From a virus, in UHGV virus genome UHGV-1374897: a stretch of 64,000 bases of DNA, one strand, 5' to 3'. Position 1 is the first letter of the stretch, and every line of letters starts with the position of its first letter. A program made the position numbers and the translations under genes. The notes beneath the pieces were generated by a model that did no database searches, was not told where the DNA came from, and saw nothing but the letters and a program-made list of their open reading frames with translations. Below, one piece after another: positions 47,074 through 57,407 of the stretch.

Positions 47074-50000
47074 ATGGCCATTGACTTTAGTACCGCCAAT
47101 ATGTCCGACTTCACTCCGAAGTCGGGAAGCAGTATTGCACGTGAACAGCGAGCCGTAGAAAGGCACGCCGCGTGGCAAGAGACGCAAGCGCAGAAACAAG
47201 AAGACAGAAAACAGAAAGCACTGGACCGCGAGCAAAGGCTAGCGGAAAAGAGACAGACCCGTGCGGAGAAAGCCGCAGAAGCCACCGCAGAGTTTGACAC
47301 CTTTATCGTTAAGTCCGTGGATGCCTTTGCGGAGAAACAGAAAAAGGATGCGGAACACGCGAAGAATGTAGAATGGCAAGATAAATCCCGCGCCCATACG
47401 GAACAAGAATGGAAAACCGCCGAGGAAAATAAAGCCCTCGACATCTTGAACAAAGGAAACCGTGGGTACAGCTTTGAGGGAATCGACTACATGAAAGACT
47501 ATGTAGAGCGCGGAGAGGATGCACTGGTTGATTTGACGGCCGCCGCTCGTGGCGATAAGGATGCTATTAAAAAGATTACGAATAATACGGGCATCGTCGC
47601 AGTCCTTTCCTCCGAACTTCCTCCCCAACATTCTGCATTCTTATCCCGCTCTGGCTTCGGAAGTGGAGAGGACGGGAACCCCGTCGTAACGGAAAAGTTC
47701 CTCGCTATTGCCGCGGACAGAAACCGTAACGCAAAGGCGGTGGCCAAATCCATTGCCACCACAATGGAGAAGGCCCGGAAGGATTACCTCAACAAGAATC
47801 TAGATGTTGTGTCTGGTAAACCTACGGCACAAGCCATCGAGACCGCACCTATTGCTTACACCGCAGAAGAAATAGAAAGCGTCATCAATACGATTAGGCG
47901 CGAAGACATTGGCAACTATCGTGCCGCTAAGGCTCTTTACGACAAACACCGCTCTTCTTCGACGGAGGGCGTGCAGAAGAAAACCCCCAGCCAAACGAGC
48001 GTGGGGGAGCTTGGCGTTGGCGAATTCTCTGATTCAGCACCTTCATTTACTGGGAATGTTTTTGCTGAACTCGCCAACCTTTCCAAGTCTCCCAGCAAAA
48101 TGTTCCGACTTGTCCGCGACTACGGGGATTACCTGTCCCGGAGTACGGAAGATATTAAATCCCCGGAAGCCAAGGAATCCGATTCCCTTTCTCCCGCCGC
48201 TAAACGTGCAGGGGAAATGGCAGTAGCGCAGGTTAAAGCCGTGGACAACATTGTCTCGCGGATGGAAGAGAGCTACACCGGATTGGATGCCGTGGGACTA
48301 AGGGATGCTCTCCTTAACCCCGAAGCAGTAGCTTCTGCGGCATTGGCCCTTGCCCCCGGCGTGGACATGGATGCAGTGCGCGAACGAGCAAATACCTTAG
48401 CCACCGAGCGTCATGCCGTGGTAACCTCCGACTACCAGAAAGCAATGGCTGATGCCATGATGGAAGAATTGGCTACAAGGTTTCCGGGGGTTCCGAAGAA
48501 TATATTACTACAGGCCGGGACGACGAAACTGATTCAGGACTATACCACCAAAGCTACACCGAGAGGCACCCTCATGGATGCAGTCAAAGGCGCACTGGCT
48601 AACTACCGAAGCGCGGCAGGACAAGTTGCGGACGTACTTACCTTCCAACCGGGGAATAGTGTGGGCAAGACCACTGACCCAATGAGTACGATGGAATGGA
48701 GGAAGGGAACGAGGCACGGCTCTTGGGAGTATGGTGTAGTGGGAGGCCCTGCCTTTGAAGTAGGTCCCGAACAGTTGAAGGAATACATGGCCCAGTACCA
48801 TATTGAAAGTACTCGCGATGCCCTTAACTCCCTCTCCCATGCCGCACGTATGGGTGACTTGGGCGTAGGTCGTGGCAGTCTCTTTGCGTACAACCCGCAC
48901 ACCAAGGAAGTTGATACGAACGCCACACTCGAACTGAACCCCAATGCTCTCTACAATGATAAGCTGATGGACCAGAGCATAGAGGCTCTCCGTGCTAGTG
49001 GCGCGGACGAAGGTCTCATCAATCGCACCATTGAGAAGTTCCAGAACCTCCGCAAGAAATCCGCACAGGAACTTGTGAAGGACAACATTGCATTGGACGA
49101 GACGCTGGGGACGCTTCGCGATACGTGGCTTGGCTCCGGCTTGCAGTTCAACCCTATCTTGACTGAATCCATGAAGCATCTGGACAAGCACCTTTCCTTC
49201 AAGAATTTTTACAACGAACAGAAGGAAGTGGGCAAGAGTGACGAGGACATCCTCTCCGCATGGCAGGAGAAAGGGCAAGACACCATCAACTCTGTTCTCC
49301 GTGGGTTGCAGATAGGTACACACAAGGCAATCGACCTTGGGACAGGTGCCGCCTATGGTGCTCTTCTCTTTGCACAGAATGCAGTTGGCAGTCGTGCGGC
49401 GATGGAACATACCCGCACCCTCTGGGACCAGCTGAACAAAAAACAGGAAGCGGAAGCTGAACTTGTTCGAGGCAATATCCTTGCGGATTATACTGCGGAA
49501 ATCGCTAACCTCGGCTACCAAATGGTAGCAACCGCGGGGGCTGGTAAAGTTGGCGGCCTCGCTGGGCGTGCACTGGAACGTACCGCGCTATCGCGGTTCG
49601 CGAAGGCAACGGCTAACGTTGTAGCGAAGCGGGCAGAAGCTCTTGTCCCTGCCGCCCGTCCGGGATTGGCGGGACGTTTGAGTGGAACTATTCAGCGCAA
49701 CCTCGACAACCTTGCGGCGTTGAACCTCGAACGGGCAGGAGCTGGAGCCGGGGTAAATCTTAGCATCATCTCGCAGGTTGCACCGAATGCTTACTCCGAC
49801 ATCTTCTATACCATTTATGATAGGGAGATGGAAGGGAAGGAACCGACTGCCGAGAACACGAACAGGGCACAGAGCATTGCCAACATGCGTGCCCTCTTTG
49901 GTGCGGCTCTCGTATCTACTGGTAGTACTCTCATCAACAACCGCGCAGGTATGGATTCCTTCATGCGTAAGATTGTTGGGGCTAAAAACCTTCGCGGTCA

Positions 50001-53000
50001 ATCTCCATTCCAAACTCTTGAACGGAAGATGGCCGGATGGAGAAGCAAGCCATTTAAGGAGATGAACACGAAGAAAAAGACGTTTGCCGTTGCTTCCTAT
50101 CTGTACAGCACGAGCAAGGCCGTAGTGGAAGGAGCCACCGAAGAACTGGCAGACGAATTCCAAGAATGGGCATTTACCGAACTGGTGAAGAACGGAGAAA
50201 TCTCTGAATCTTCTATTGCCACTACCGACCAAGTGATTAGCGGTGCCATAAAGATTGCTTTCCTCGGAGGTATCGGCGGCTACGTTGGTAGCCACTTAGC
50301 TGGTGAAGGGAACATACGTTTCCAAACCGAAGCCGCTCCAACTCTCGATGTAAAGGATGCTACTTCCATGCTACCGGATATTACGAAAGATGCGAGCAAC
50401 ATCATCGAGGAAACGGGCAAAGCCATTACCAAAAACAATGTGCCGGAAAGCTTGGTAGAAACCGGAAAGAAGGTTATCGAGATTGCCGGGGAGAAGGGGG
50501 ATGCCGCGGAAGTTGCCCGCGAATGGGTGGACAAATCCATTGCCCATGAAAGTCTAGTTGTCTCCGACGAAACCCGCAAGGCATGGGTGGATGGCGCAGT
50601 CCGTATGGGTATCAGCAACTTCACCCAGTTCCGCAACCTAGTTGAACGGGCCTCCGAAATACATACCTATGAGGGCAGTGCCGCGGCAAGCTCCTTCATG
50701 GCAGAAGCCATTAACGACTTGCCCAATACCCTGTCATTCCCAAATAAGGAAAACCTCGACACCATGCGAACCATGTTGTCCGAAGCCCTTGATGCTATGG
50801 GAGACCGGGTTCAGGTTATCGAAGTAGACGACGACCTGTCCATCATTACTACAGGGGACGAGGACCTTGATGCCGCCATTAACGTTATTAACGGATTGAC
50901 GGAAGCCGCGGCTACCACGGAATCCCCGGCTACCACGGAATCCCCGGCTACCACGGAACCCAAGGAATCCCCGGTAGCTATTGCCCGGAAGGAGAGGGAC
51001 AATGCTATTGCCCCCATCACTGCTATGGTAGAGACGGGAGTAGTTACCCCCAGTTCCGTGGAAACCGTGGATAACATGGATGCGGCAATCGCCTCGTTCG
51101 ATAGTAATACTGGTGCGTGGCTCTCCTATGGTACGCCATTGGAGCGCGGCGCGAAGCTCGTCTCCTTGAACGAGATGACCGGGATTAACGCCCCCATGAT
51201 TACCAGCAACACGGGAGAAACCATTGTCATCGCTCCGCACGCAAGCATGTACAACACAGGTGAGGGAGGTACCCCCAGCACCAAGTGGGGAGACAAGGTC
51301 TCCGCTCTCAATCTCCCGACGGATGGGACTGGCGCAAATGCCTATGGCATCCTTTCGGACCTTCAAGCTAATGCCTCCCCCGCACAGGCCGCGGCCATTG
51401 ATGGAGTGCTCCGCGCACTGCATGCCGCTGGTTTGGATGTTGCTATCCGAGCCACCAATGCCCCGGCGAACATCTCTTCCCCCGCCAGTATCACCTACAT
51501 GAACGGCACGGACGGGAAGCTTGTCGGCGGTGTCATTGACCTGTACGTGGACCGGGACAATGCGATTGAAAGCGTAACGGGAACGGTACTACACGAAGTC
51601 ATCCACCTCATTGACCGTCATCTTCGTGCCACCAACGCGGACTATTCCCAGCGGATGGATAAGATTAGAAGCGCGATTGCAGAGAACTACAACAATATTG
51701 TTGATAGTCTCTCCGCTATGTATGATGCTAGCGTGGACATCAATGAGATGAACGCCATCGCCGCGCTCGCTTCTGACCTCAACTATGGTCTCCGCGGCCC
51801 GGACGAATTTGCCAGTGTCGCGTTCTCCAATCCTGTCATGAACTTCATGATAGCGGAAGCTAGCGGAGACAATATAACCATCACGGATTTGGCTCGCTAT
51901 GCCGAAGCGGCTGGAGGCAGGAGGCCCATTCATGTGCGCCTCATCGAATGGCTTAAGGATTTGATTAGGGACGTGCAACAAACTGCGGACGCTATGGACG
52001 GAACCACCGCCGCAGAACACGTGGCTGAATGGGATTCCTATGTGGCCCGCATCGCGGACATGACCCCCGGCAAGTGGTTCGACATGCCTCGCACTCCGTC
52101 ATGGAAGGTAGACGATACGGATTATACTATGGGCAACGGGGTAGATTATTTTAACCCGATGGCCTATGAGACTGACATGACCCGAAGACTGTCCTTCGGT
52201 CTGGCCGCAGAAATCATTGGCACGAATGCCGGGAACTGGGTAACCAGTATTAAGAACGGATGGCTGGGTGCAACCAAGAACTGGGACAAGGCTGGCATCA
52301 ATGTTAAGTCCGAGGAACAGAAGCTGGTTGTGCTGGAACAAATGGCCAACGTGAATGCGGCATACGAACGTAGTATTAAACGCATTGACAAAATTGGCGA
52401 TATGCTTCAACGCCGTGCGGATAAGCTGGGCTGGGATGCCGCTACGCGAAAGAAATGGAGCAAGTCCATTCTTGACATGTCGGGGAATATGGACAACGAT
52501 ATTGACCCTGAAACTGTTGCACGCATTAACGCAGAGGCTCAAGCAGAAGTTCGTCAGCATGAACAGACCCGCGACTTCCGTATCGCGTTGGCTAAGAAGA
52601 CCGTCACCGATGCCGTCAATAGGCACGCGGAAGCGGTGCGTCTGGCTAACTCCCTTGCGCTTAATAGTGAAGGGAGATTGGAAATCAACGACATGATGCG
52701 CCGGATTAAAGACATGAGCGTCAAGGGATATGGTGCCATGCTGGACAAGCAGGTAGCTCTCCCCATGCTTTCCCAGCAGATTCACAAATCGCTCTCCGAC
52801 CTTGGCTCTCGTATCTCCGCGACGGGGAATGCCAATCTGGAAACCACCTACTTTGGCCTTGCCCGCGACACACAAAACTATCTCGCGGATATGATTAACG
52901 AGGTGGATAGTCCCTTCTCTATGGATGAACTTCTGGACAGGTGGTCCAACCTTCGCAATGACTTCCTCTATGCGGAGAGTACAAACCATCCCACCATCGT

Positions 53001-56000
53001 CCCTATGATTCAGGACATCGCTAAGACACGGGCCGAAGCTAAACAAATCATCCGGGAAGCCAAGGATGATTTCTACGCCGCAACAAAGCGAGCGGGCGTA
53101 ACTCGCGCTGGCGTAGCTACCCCTGCTGGTTCCGTGTGGCTGAAACGGGACAACGCTATCCTCAATGCACGCCGTCAAAAACAAGCGGAGTATATGGCTA
53201 AGCGGGATGCCGCTGAACAGTGGCTTCTGTCACAGGGGGTTGTAGGTCAACTGGTCCACAATGTCATCGCCAATTCCCGTAAAGAAATTGCCGCAACGCA
53301 AATCTCTATTGCCAAGCTCATTGGAGATAGCCGCATGGCTGACAACGCCGCGGAGATGAATTATCTTCATCGCACCTACATGGCCGTAGGACGCCATGCC
53401 GGAGACTTCACCCGGACGATGAAGGACATCATCGCAAACCCCAACGGAGAACTGGCGCAGAAATACGACGGTCTGACGAAACTGTTGCAGGAAGCCGCAA
53501 TCTCTCATGCCGAAGCGCACCAGAGAGAACTGTCCGAAAACGTAAGCCAAGTGCTGGACAACATGCAGGCATTGGCCGCGCTCCACGACGAGTTGAAACT
53601 TCCGCTGGTGTCAGCTCCCACGGGAGCCTCCGCGAATTATAAACTCCTGTTCGAGGGTGTAGCCAAGAACTACAGGAACAGGGAAATTCTGGACTTCATT
53701 CAGAACAACTTCGGCCAGGTTCAAATGCTTGCAGATTTGAGGGACGGCCACAACATCAGTGCCATATATAATAAGGCCATGAGCATGATAGCACAGGCAG
53801 ACTATCGCACGAAGTCAAAGATGACAGAGGCGAAGGAAACTCTGGACATGAATGCCAGAGATAGTTTCCTCGCTGATGTCTTCTCCAGCCTTCCGGGAAA
53901 AACGATTGCGGACAAAATTGGCAGTCTTCAATCCCCGGCATCCGTGGCTTCCGAAGTGAACAAGGCCATCCCCACTATCCCGACTTCGGCCATTGACCAG
54001 ATATGGAACACGCCCGATATGAATGCCGCAGAACGACTGGACAAGACGCTCAATCTTCTTCGCGGTCAGGCTGGCGTTCTCATGAGGATGAACGGCATGG
54101 GCAACGTCATCTCCGCTACCGACTTGAAAGCGTTGCAATATCCGGAACTCTCCCGCCTCGCAGTGAACGATGCCATGAAGGCCATTGACGAAGTTCTGTC
54201 CAAGAAGAGGACGAATGAAGATGCGCTGGCCCAGCGGAAACGCTTGCCCGAATGGCAGAGGAAAGCTATGTATGAACTTAGCGACCTCACCATTGGGGAT
54301 GCCATTGGGACGTTACAGAATACCCTATCCATGCAGTCGAAGATTGCCGTGAACCAGTTGCTTGCTGACGAGTATGCCTCCGTACTGAAAGCGCAGGGTG
54401 TGGTCGTACCCCCGAATTCCACAAACCGTACCTCGGACATGGTGGAAATCTCCTTGAAGAATACGAAGAATGCGTTGAACGGAATGTACGCCGACAAGGA
54501 TGTAGCCGATGCCATCTACCGCATCTACAGACCGAGCGACGACATCCTGAATAACAGGACGGACGACTATAAGGAGGTGCGCAAGTACTGGCAGAAGTCC
54601 GGCAAGGGGCAAGGATGGTGGAATAAGGCGGGTGGCTTGGCTAACCTTTCTGTCTTAATAGCGAGTCCTAATTCCACGTTACGTAACTTATATGGTACAG
54701 TAGCTCAAATGACCCATGCGGGTGCACTCCCATTCACGGGGAGTAAAGACATCGCAAACCTTGTCGGGGACTGGGTCCAGTTGCGTAAGCTATGGTGGCT
54801 ATCACAGGGCAAGGACCTTGCTTCACAGGCTTCCGCGGATAGACTGCTGGCCGCGGAAGACAGGTACAACGAGAAGATTCGCTACTGGCAAGAGCTTGGT
54901 CTGCTGGACGCAGGTCAAGGGGAGTTCCTGCGCAACGTCTGGAAGTCTGACGAGTTCAGTAAGATGGCAGGAGAATTTGAAGAAGTGAATGAGGATTCCT
55001 TCTTCAAACTGGCCGAAGCTCTGAACGAGAAACAGGAACGGACGAAGGGCGAGGTGGCTAAGGATGCCGCCAAGATGGCGGGCAAAGTCGTAGCATGGCC
55101 CATCAAAACGATGTCCTTCGCCTATGGCTTGCCGGACGCGGCGGCCAAGATTGTTCTCTTCACTAACCAGAGAGCGATTGCCGATACCCAATTAAAGGTA
55201 CAACTGGCGCGGGCGAAGGGCAAGGCCAACCCCAATGCGCGGGACCAGATACTCATTGACGCGAGCCAGACTACCCAGAGTTGGGATGCTTATGTGGACA
55301 GGTATACTGCCCACATGGTGAAGAGCTTGCTCCCCACGGGTTCGCGTACTCCTTCGTGGGTGAAAACCCTGAATATAGTTGCGGCTCCGTTCTTCATGTT
55401 CCAGTACCATACCTTCCAGTCTGTAGCCTACAACCTTGGCCACGCCATAGGTGAAGGGGTAGACGGTGTGTGGGCTATCAATAACGGCATGAAGAAGGAG
55501 GGGGCTTACCTCTTGGGACGCGCTATCCTTCGTACCGCGGGTTCCTTAGTAACTATTTCTGCAACCTCTGCGGTCTCTTCCTGGGTTGCCCGACAGATTA
55601 TCGCCAGTGTCTTGGGAGATGACGATGACCGTAAAATCATTGACGACGCGGAAGTCATGAGGAAGCTGGCAGATAGTGGGCTAATTCCTGACTATGATAA
55701 GTTCGGGGACTTGATTGGCATCATAGATATGAAGCGACATGAGTTCGAGTATTTGAACCTTGAATACATGAACCCGTTCAAGACCATCAGGGTGTTAGCC
55801 AAAACCCTGCCCAGCCTCTTCATGGATATGGATGTGGACAAGTGGGGGATGAACAAGGTTGCCGAACTGAAAAACCTGCTGGAAAATACGGTGCTTGAAG
55901 AATCCCTCCTTCTGAATGCCGCTTCTGAATTGTTTAATGAGGAAGACTTCAATTACAAGCATAGCCTCTCCGGTGATGAAAGCGTCAACGTTCTCCCGGC

Positions 56001-56730
56001 AGTCGGCAACGCAATCCTGTTGGCCGCAGGGCTGAACCCCTCGTTCGGCAGTGGACATACATGGCAAGTCCTTGAACGATTCGCGACGGTTGCCAATAAA
56101 AAGATTCCCTTCTACGGCTGGGCAGTCAAGTCAGGTAAACAATTGTTTAGCGATACACCTGACATGAGTGCCGCGGCATACGGGTTACAGTCCTTGGGTG
56201 CGGGCCTCCGTCGTCCGAAGGATTTGACCGAAGCCCTTGCCGCCGGGTTAAAGAATGCCAACGCGGCAGTCACTAAGTCGAAGCGAATGAGCGTCCTTCG
56301 TCCGGACTTCTACAAGAGAATGGAATCCGGAGTGGATGTGGAATCTATGGAAGCCGTGGAAACCGCGGATGCCGTGAAGAATTTCACCAAGCTAGTCAAT
56401 AGTGTCCGGTTTGTTACGGAAATTACAAACATGCTTGACCCCGCTCTGCGGAAGGAAGTTCTGGCTTCCGCGATTGAGAGTTCCGGTATGAGTGCCAAGA
56501 CCTACGGCGCGGCCATGAAAGGCATCATGCCCTACATCATTAGCCCGCAAGCAGGACGTGAGGCTATCGCGAAGCTCAACCGTGAATTGCAGAAGTCTAA
56601 TACCACGGACGAGGGCAAACGCCTAATCGAAGAGCAGAAGAAACTCATTATCAACCTCATGAGGAAGGGTAGCATTCAGATTGATGGGGCATTGAGTGTG
56701 GAGGAAATTCATAATCGGATGAAACAGTAA
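47074..56730 (+). CDS. Giant 3218-aa protein with zincin-like HExxH motif: candidate virion-associated, ejected or polyvalent protein
   Basis: Single uninterrupted ORF. Extremely charged K/E/R/Q coiled-coil N-terminus. HEVIHLIDRH at nt 51592-51621 (aa about 1507). TTESPA linker repeats at 50913-50966. Confidence 0.7.
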   Translation: MAIDFSTANMSDFTPKSGSSIAREQRAVERHAAWQETQAQKQEDRKQKALDREQRLAEKRQTRAEKAAEATAEFDTFIVKSVDAFAEKQKKDAEHAKNVEWQDKSRAHTEQEWKTAEENKALDILNKGNRGYSFEGIDYMKDYVERGEDALVDLTAAARGDKDAIKKITNNTGIVAVLSSELPPQHSAFLSRSGFGSGEDGNPVVTEKFLAIAADRNRNAKAVAKSIATTMEKARKDYLNKNLDVVSGKPTAQAIETAPIAYTAEEIESVINTIRREDIGNYRAAKALYDKHRSSSTEGVQKKTPSQTSVGELGVGEFSDSAPSFTGNVFAELANLSKSPSKMFRLVRDYGDYLSRSTEDIKSPEAKESDSLSPAAKRAGEMAVAQVKAVDNIVSRMEESYTGLDAVGLRDALLNPEAVASAALALAPGVDMDAVRERANTLATERHAVVTSDYQKAMADAMMEELATRFPGVPKNILLQAGTTKLIQDYTTKATPRGTLMDAVKGALANYRSAAGQVADVLTFQPGNSVGKTTDPMSTMEWRKGTRHGSWEYGVVGGPAFEVGPEQLKEYMAQYHIESTRDALNSLSHAARMGDLGVGRGSLFAYNPHTKEVDTNATLELNPNALYNDKLMDQSIEALRASGADEGLINRTIEKFQNLRKKSAQELVKDNIALDETLGTLRDTWLGSGLQFNPILTESMKHLDKHLSFKNFYNEQKEVGKSDEDILSAWQEKGQDTINSVLRGLQIGTHKAIDLGTGAAYGALLFAQNAVGSRAAMEHTRTLWDQLNKKQEAEAELVRGNILADYTAEIANLGYQMVATAGAGKVGGLAGRALERTALSRFAKATANVVAKRAEALVPAARPGLAGRLSGTIQRNLDNLAALNLERAGAGAGVNLSIISQVAPNAYSDIFYTIYDREMEGKEPTAENTNRAQSIANMRALFGAALVSTGSTLINNRAGMDSFMRKIVGAKNLRGQSPFQTLERKMAGWRSKPFKEMNTKKKTFAVASYLYSTSKAVVEGATEELADEFQEWAFTELVKNGEISESSIATTDQVISGAIKIAFLGGIGGYVGSHLAGEGNIRFQTEAAPTLDVKDATSMLPDITKDASNIIEETGKAITKNNVPESLVETGKKVIEIAGEKGDAAEVAREWVDKSIAHESLVVSDETRKAWVDGAVRMGISNFTQFRNLVERASEIHTYEGSAAASSFMAEAINDLPNTLSFPNKENLDTMRTMLSEALDAMGDRVQVIEVDDDLSIITTGDEDLDAAINVINGLTEAAATTESPATTESPATTEPKESPVAIARKERDNAIAPITAMVETGVVTPSSVETVDNMDAAIASFDSNTGAWLSYGTPLERGAKLVSLNEMTGINAPMITSNTGETIVIAPHASMYNTGEGGTPSTKWGDKVSALNLPTDGTGANAYGILSDLQANASPAQAAAIDGVLRALHAAGLDVAIRATNAPANISSPASITYMNGTDGKLVGGVIDLYVDRDNAIESVTGTVLHEVIHLIDRHLRATNADYSQRMDKIRSAIAENYNNIVDSLSAMYDASVDINEMNAIAALASDLNYGLRGPDEFASVAFSNPVMNFMIAEASGDNITITDLARYAEAAGGRRPIHVRLIEWLKDLIRDVQQTADAMDGTTAAEHVAEWDSYVARIADMTPGKWFDMPRTPSWKVDDTDYTMGNGVDYFNPMAYETDMTRRLSFGLAAEIIGTNAGNWVTSIKNGWLGATKNWDKAGINVKSEEQKLVVLEQMANVNAAYERSIKRIDKIGDMLQRRADKLGWDAATRKKWSKSILDMSGNMDNDIDPETVARINAEAQAEVRQHEQTRDFRIALAKKTVTDAVNRHAEAVRLANSLALNSEGRLEINDMMRRIKDMSVKGYGAMLDKQVALPMLSQQIHKSLSDLGSRISATGNANLETTYFGLARDTQNYLADMINEVDSPFSMDELLDRWSNLRNDFLYAESTNHPTIVPMIQDIAKTRAEAKQIIREAKDDFYAATKRAGVTRAGVATPAGSVWLKRDNAILNARRQKQAEYMAKRDAAEQWLLSQGVVGQLVHNVIANSRKEIAATQISIAKLIGDSRMADNAAEMNYLHRTYMAVGRHAGDFTRTMKDIIANPNGELAQKYDGLTKLLQEAAISHAEAHQRELSENVSQVLDNMQALAALHDELKLPLVSAPTGASANYKLLFEGVAKNYRNREILDFIQNNFGQVQMLADLRDGHNISAIYNKAMSMIAQADYRTKSKMTEAKETLDMNARDSFLADVFSSLPGKTIADKIGSLQSPASVASEVNKAIPTIPTSAIDQIWNTPDMNAAERLDKTLNLLRGQAGVLMRMNGMGNVISATDLKALQYPELSRLAVNDAMKAIDEVLSKKRTNEDALAQRKRLPEWQRKAMYELSDLTIGDAIGTLQNTLSMQSKIAVNQLLADEYASVLKAQGVVVPPNSTNRTSDMVEISLKNTKNALNGMYADKDVADAIYRIYRPSDDILNNRTDDYKEVRKYWQKSGKGQGWWNKAGGLANLSVLIASPNSTLRNLYGTVAQMTHAGALPFTGSKDIANLVGDWVQLRKLWWLSQGKDLASQASADRLLAAEDRYNEKIRYWQELGLLDAGQGEFLRNVWKSDEFSKMAGEFEEVNEDSFFKLAEALNEKQERTKGEVAKDAAKMAGKVVAWPIKTMSFAYGLPDAAAKIVLFTNQRAIADTQLKVQLARAKGKANPNARDQILIDASQTTQSWDAYVDRYTAHMVKSLLPTGSRTPSWVKTLNIVAAPFFMFQYHTFQSVAYNLGHAIGEGVDGVWAINNGMKKEGAYLLGRAILRTAGSLVTISATSAVSSWVARQIIASVLGDDDDRKIIDDAEVMRKLADSGLIPDYDKFGDLIGIIDMKRHEFEYLNLEYMNPFKTIRVLAKTLPSLFMDMDVDKWGMNKVAELKNLLENTVLEESLLLNAASELFNEEDFNYKHSLSGDESVNVLPAVGNAILLAAGLNPSFGSGHTWQVLERFATVANKKIPFYGWAVKSGKQLFSDTPDMSAAAYGLQSLGAGLRRPKDLTEALAAGLKNANAAVTKSKRMSVLRPDFYKRMESGVDVESMEAVETADAVKNFTKLVNSVRFVTEITNMLDPALRKEVLASAIESSGMSAKTYGAAMKGIMPYIISPQAGREAIAKLNRELQKSNTTDEGKRLIEEQKKLIINLMRKGSIQIDGALSVEEIHNRMKQ

Positions 56731-56747
56731 CCCCTCCGTTTATATCC

Positions 56748-56786
56748 TTGACCTTCGGGGGCATGGGAGATATAATTCTCCCATGC
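56748..56786 (+). promoter_or_regulatory. Promoter TTGACC-N17-TATAAT with a 10-bp perfect palindrome GCATGGGAGA / TCTCCCATGC flanking the -10 box. Predicted leaderless start at ATG 56783.
   Basis: TTGACC at 56748-56753 and TATAAT at 56771-56776. Palindrome arms at 56761-56770 and 56777-56786. Confidence 0.5.
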
Positions 56787-57388
56787 CCTCTTTTCGTATA
56801 GTACCCAATCATATTATGGCCACCCCTCCGGGAGGCTGGAAGTTTGTTGTCCCCGAATCCATGAGTGTCAGGCTCAAGGGAACCAAGGTTTCCGCGGGTT
56901 CACTGGAACAACTCCGCAAATCAGTCGCCCGTCTCTTCATGAATAACGGAGAACCCTTTCAGGTTGCGCTCTTTGAATCAGAGCTTTGCGCTTCTCTCCC
57001 TCCCCAGTACTGCACCACCTGCGGTGATAAGGGAATTGAATGGAAGGAGTATGAACCCATGAGTGCCAAGAAGATATTGGCCTTCTTCGGTACTATGGTT
57101 CTCTGGTATCGACGGGGACACAGGTTTGTAGACGAGGCAGAAGCTCGCCGCCGCTATGCTATCTGCGCCTCCTGTCCGTATGCTACCTCTACGCCTCCCC
57201 CGGATTTAGAGAAGCAGGGGTGCGCTACCTGCGGTGCCGAAGGAGCTGGCCGCAAATTCCTCAAGGAAAAAATTTCCGGGCTGGCAGACCTGACTAATGG
57301 GGCGGCCCCTCTCTATTGTACCTTATGTGGTTGCGACCTATCAGTAAAGGCTCACTTCGATATTGAATCTGACTGCTGGCTAAAATAG
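56783..57388 (+). CDS. Cys-rich zinc-binding protein, 201 aa
   Basis: CTTCGDKG, CASCPY...CATCGAEG and CTLCGCD cysteine clusters. Confidence 0.5.
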   Translation: MPSFRIVPNHIMATPPGGWKFVVPESMSVRLKGTKVSAGSLEQLRKSVARLFMNNGEPFQVALFESELCASLPPQYCTTCGDKGIEWKEYEPMSAKKILAFFGTMVLWYRRGHRFVDEAEARRRYAICASCPYATSTPPPDLEKQGCATCGAEGAGRKFLKEKISGLADLTNGAAPLYCTLCGCDLSVKAHFDIESDCWLK

Positions 57389-57407
57389 CTCTTGACATTA
57401 TTTCAAG

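Noticed and set aside
47074-56730. Giant protein as a virion RNA polymerase (N4-like or crAss-like vRNAP)
   Set aside because: By eye I could not find T7-like motifs A or C, nor DxDGD double-psi-beta-barrel signatures. The only catalytic-looking motif is the zincin HExxH. This is left open pending profile searches.
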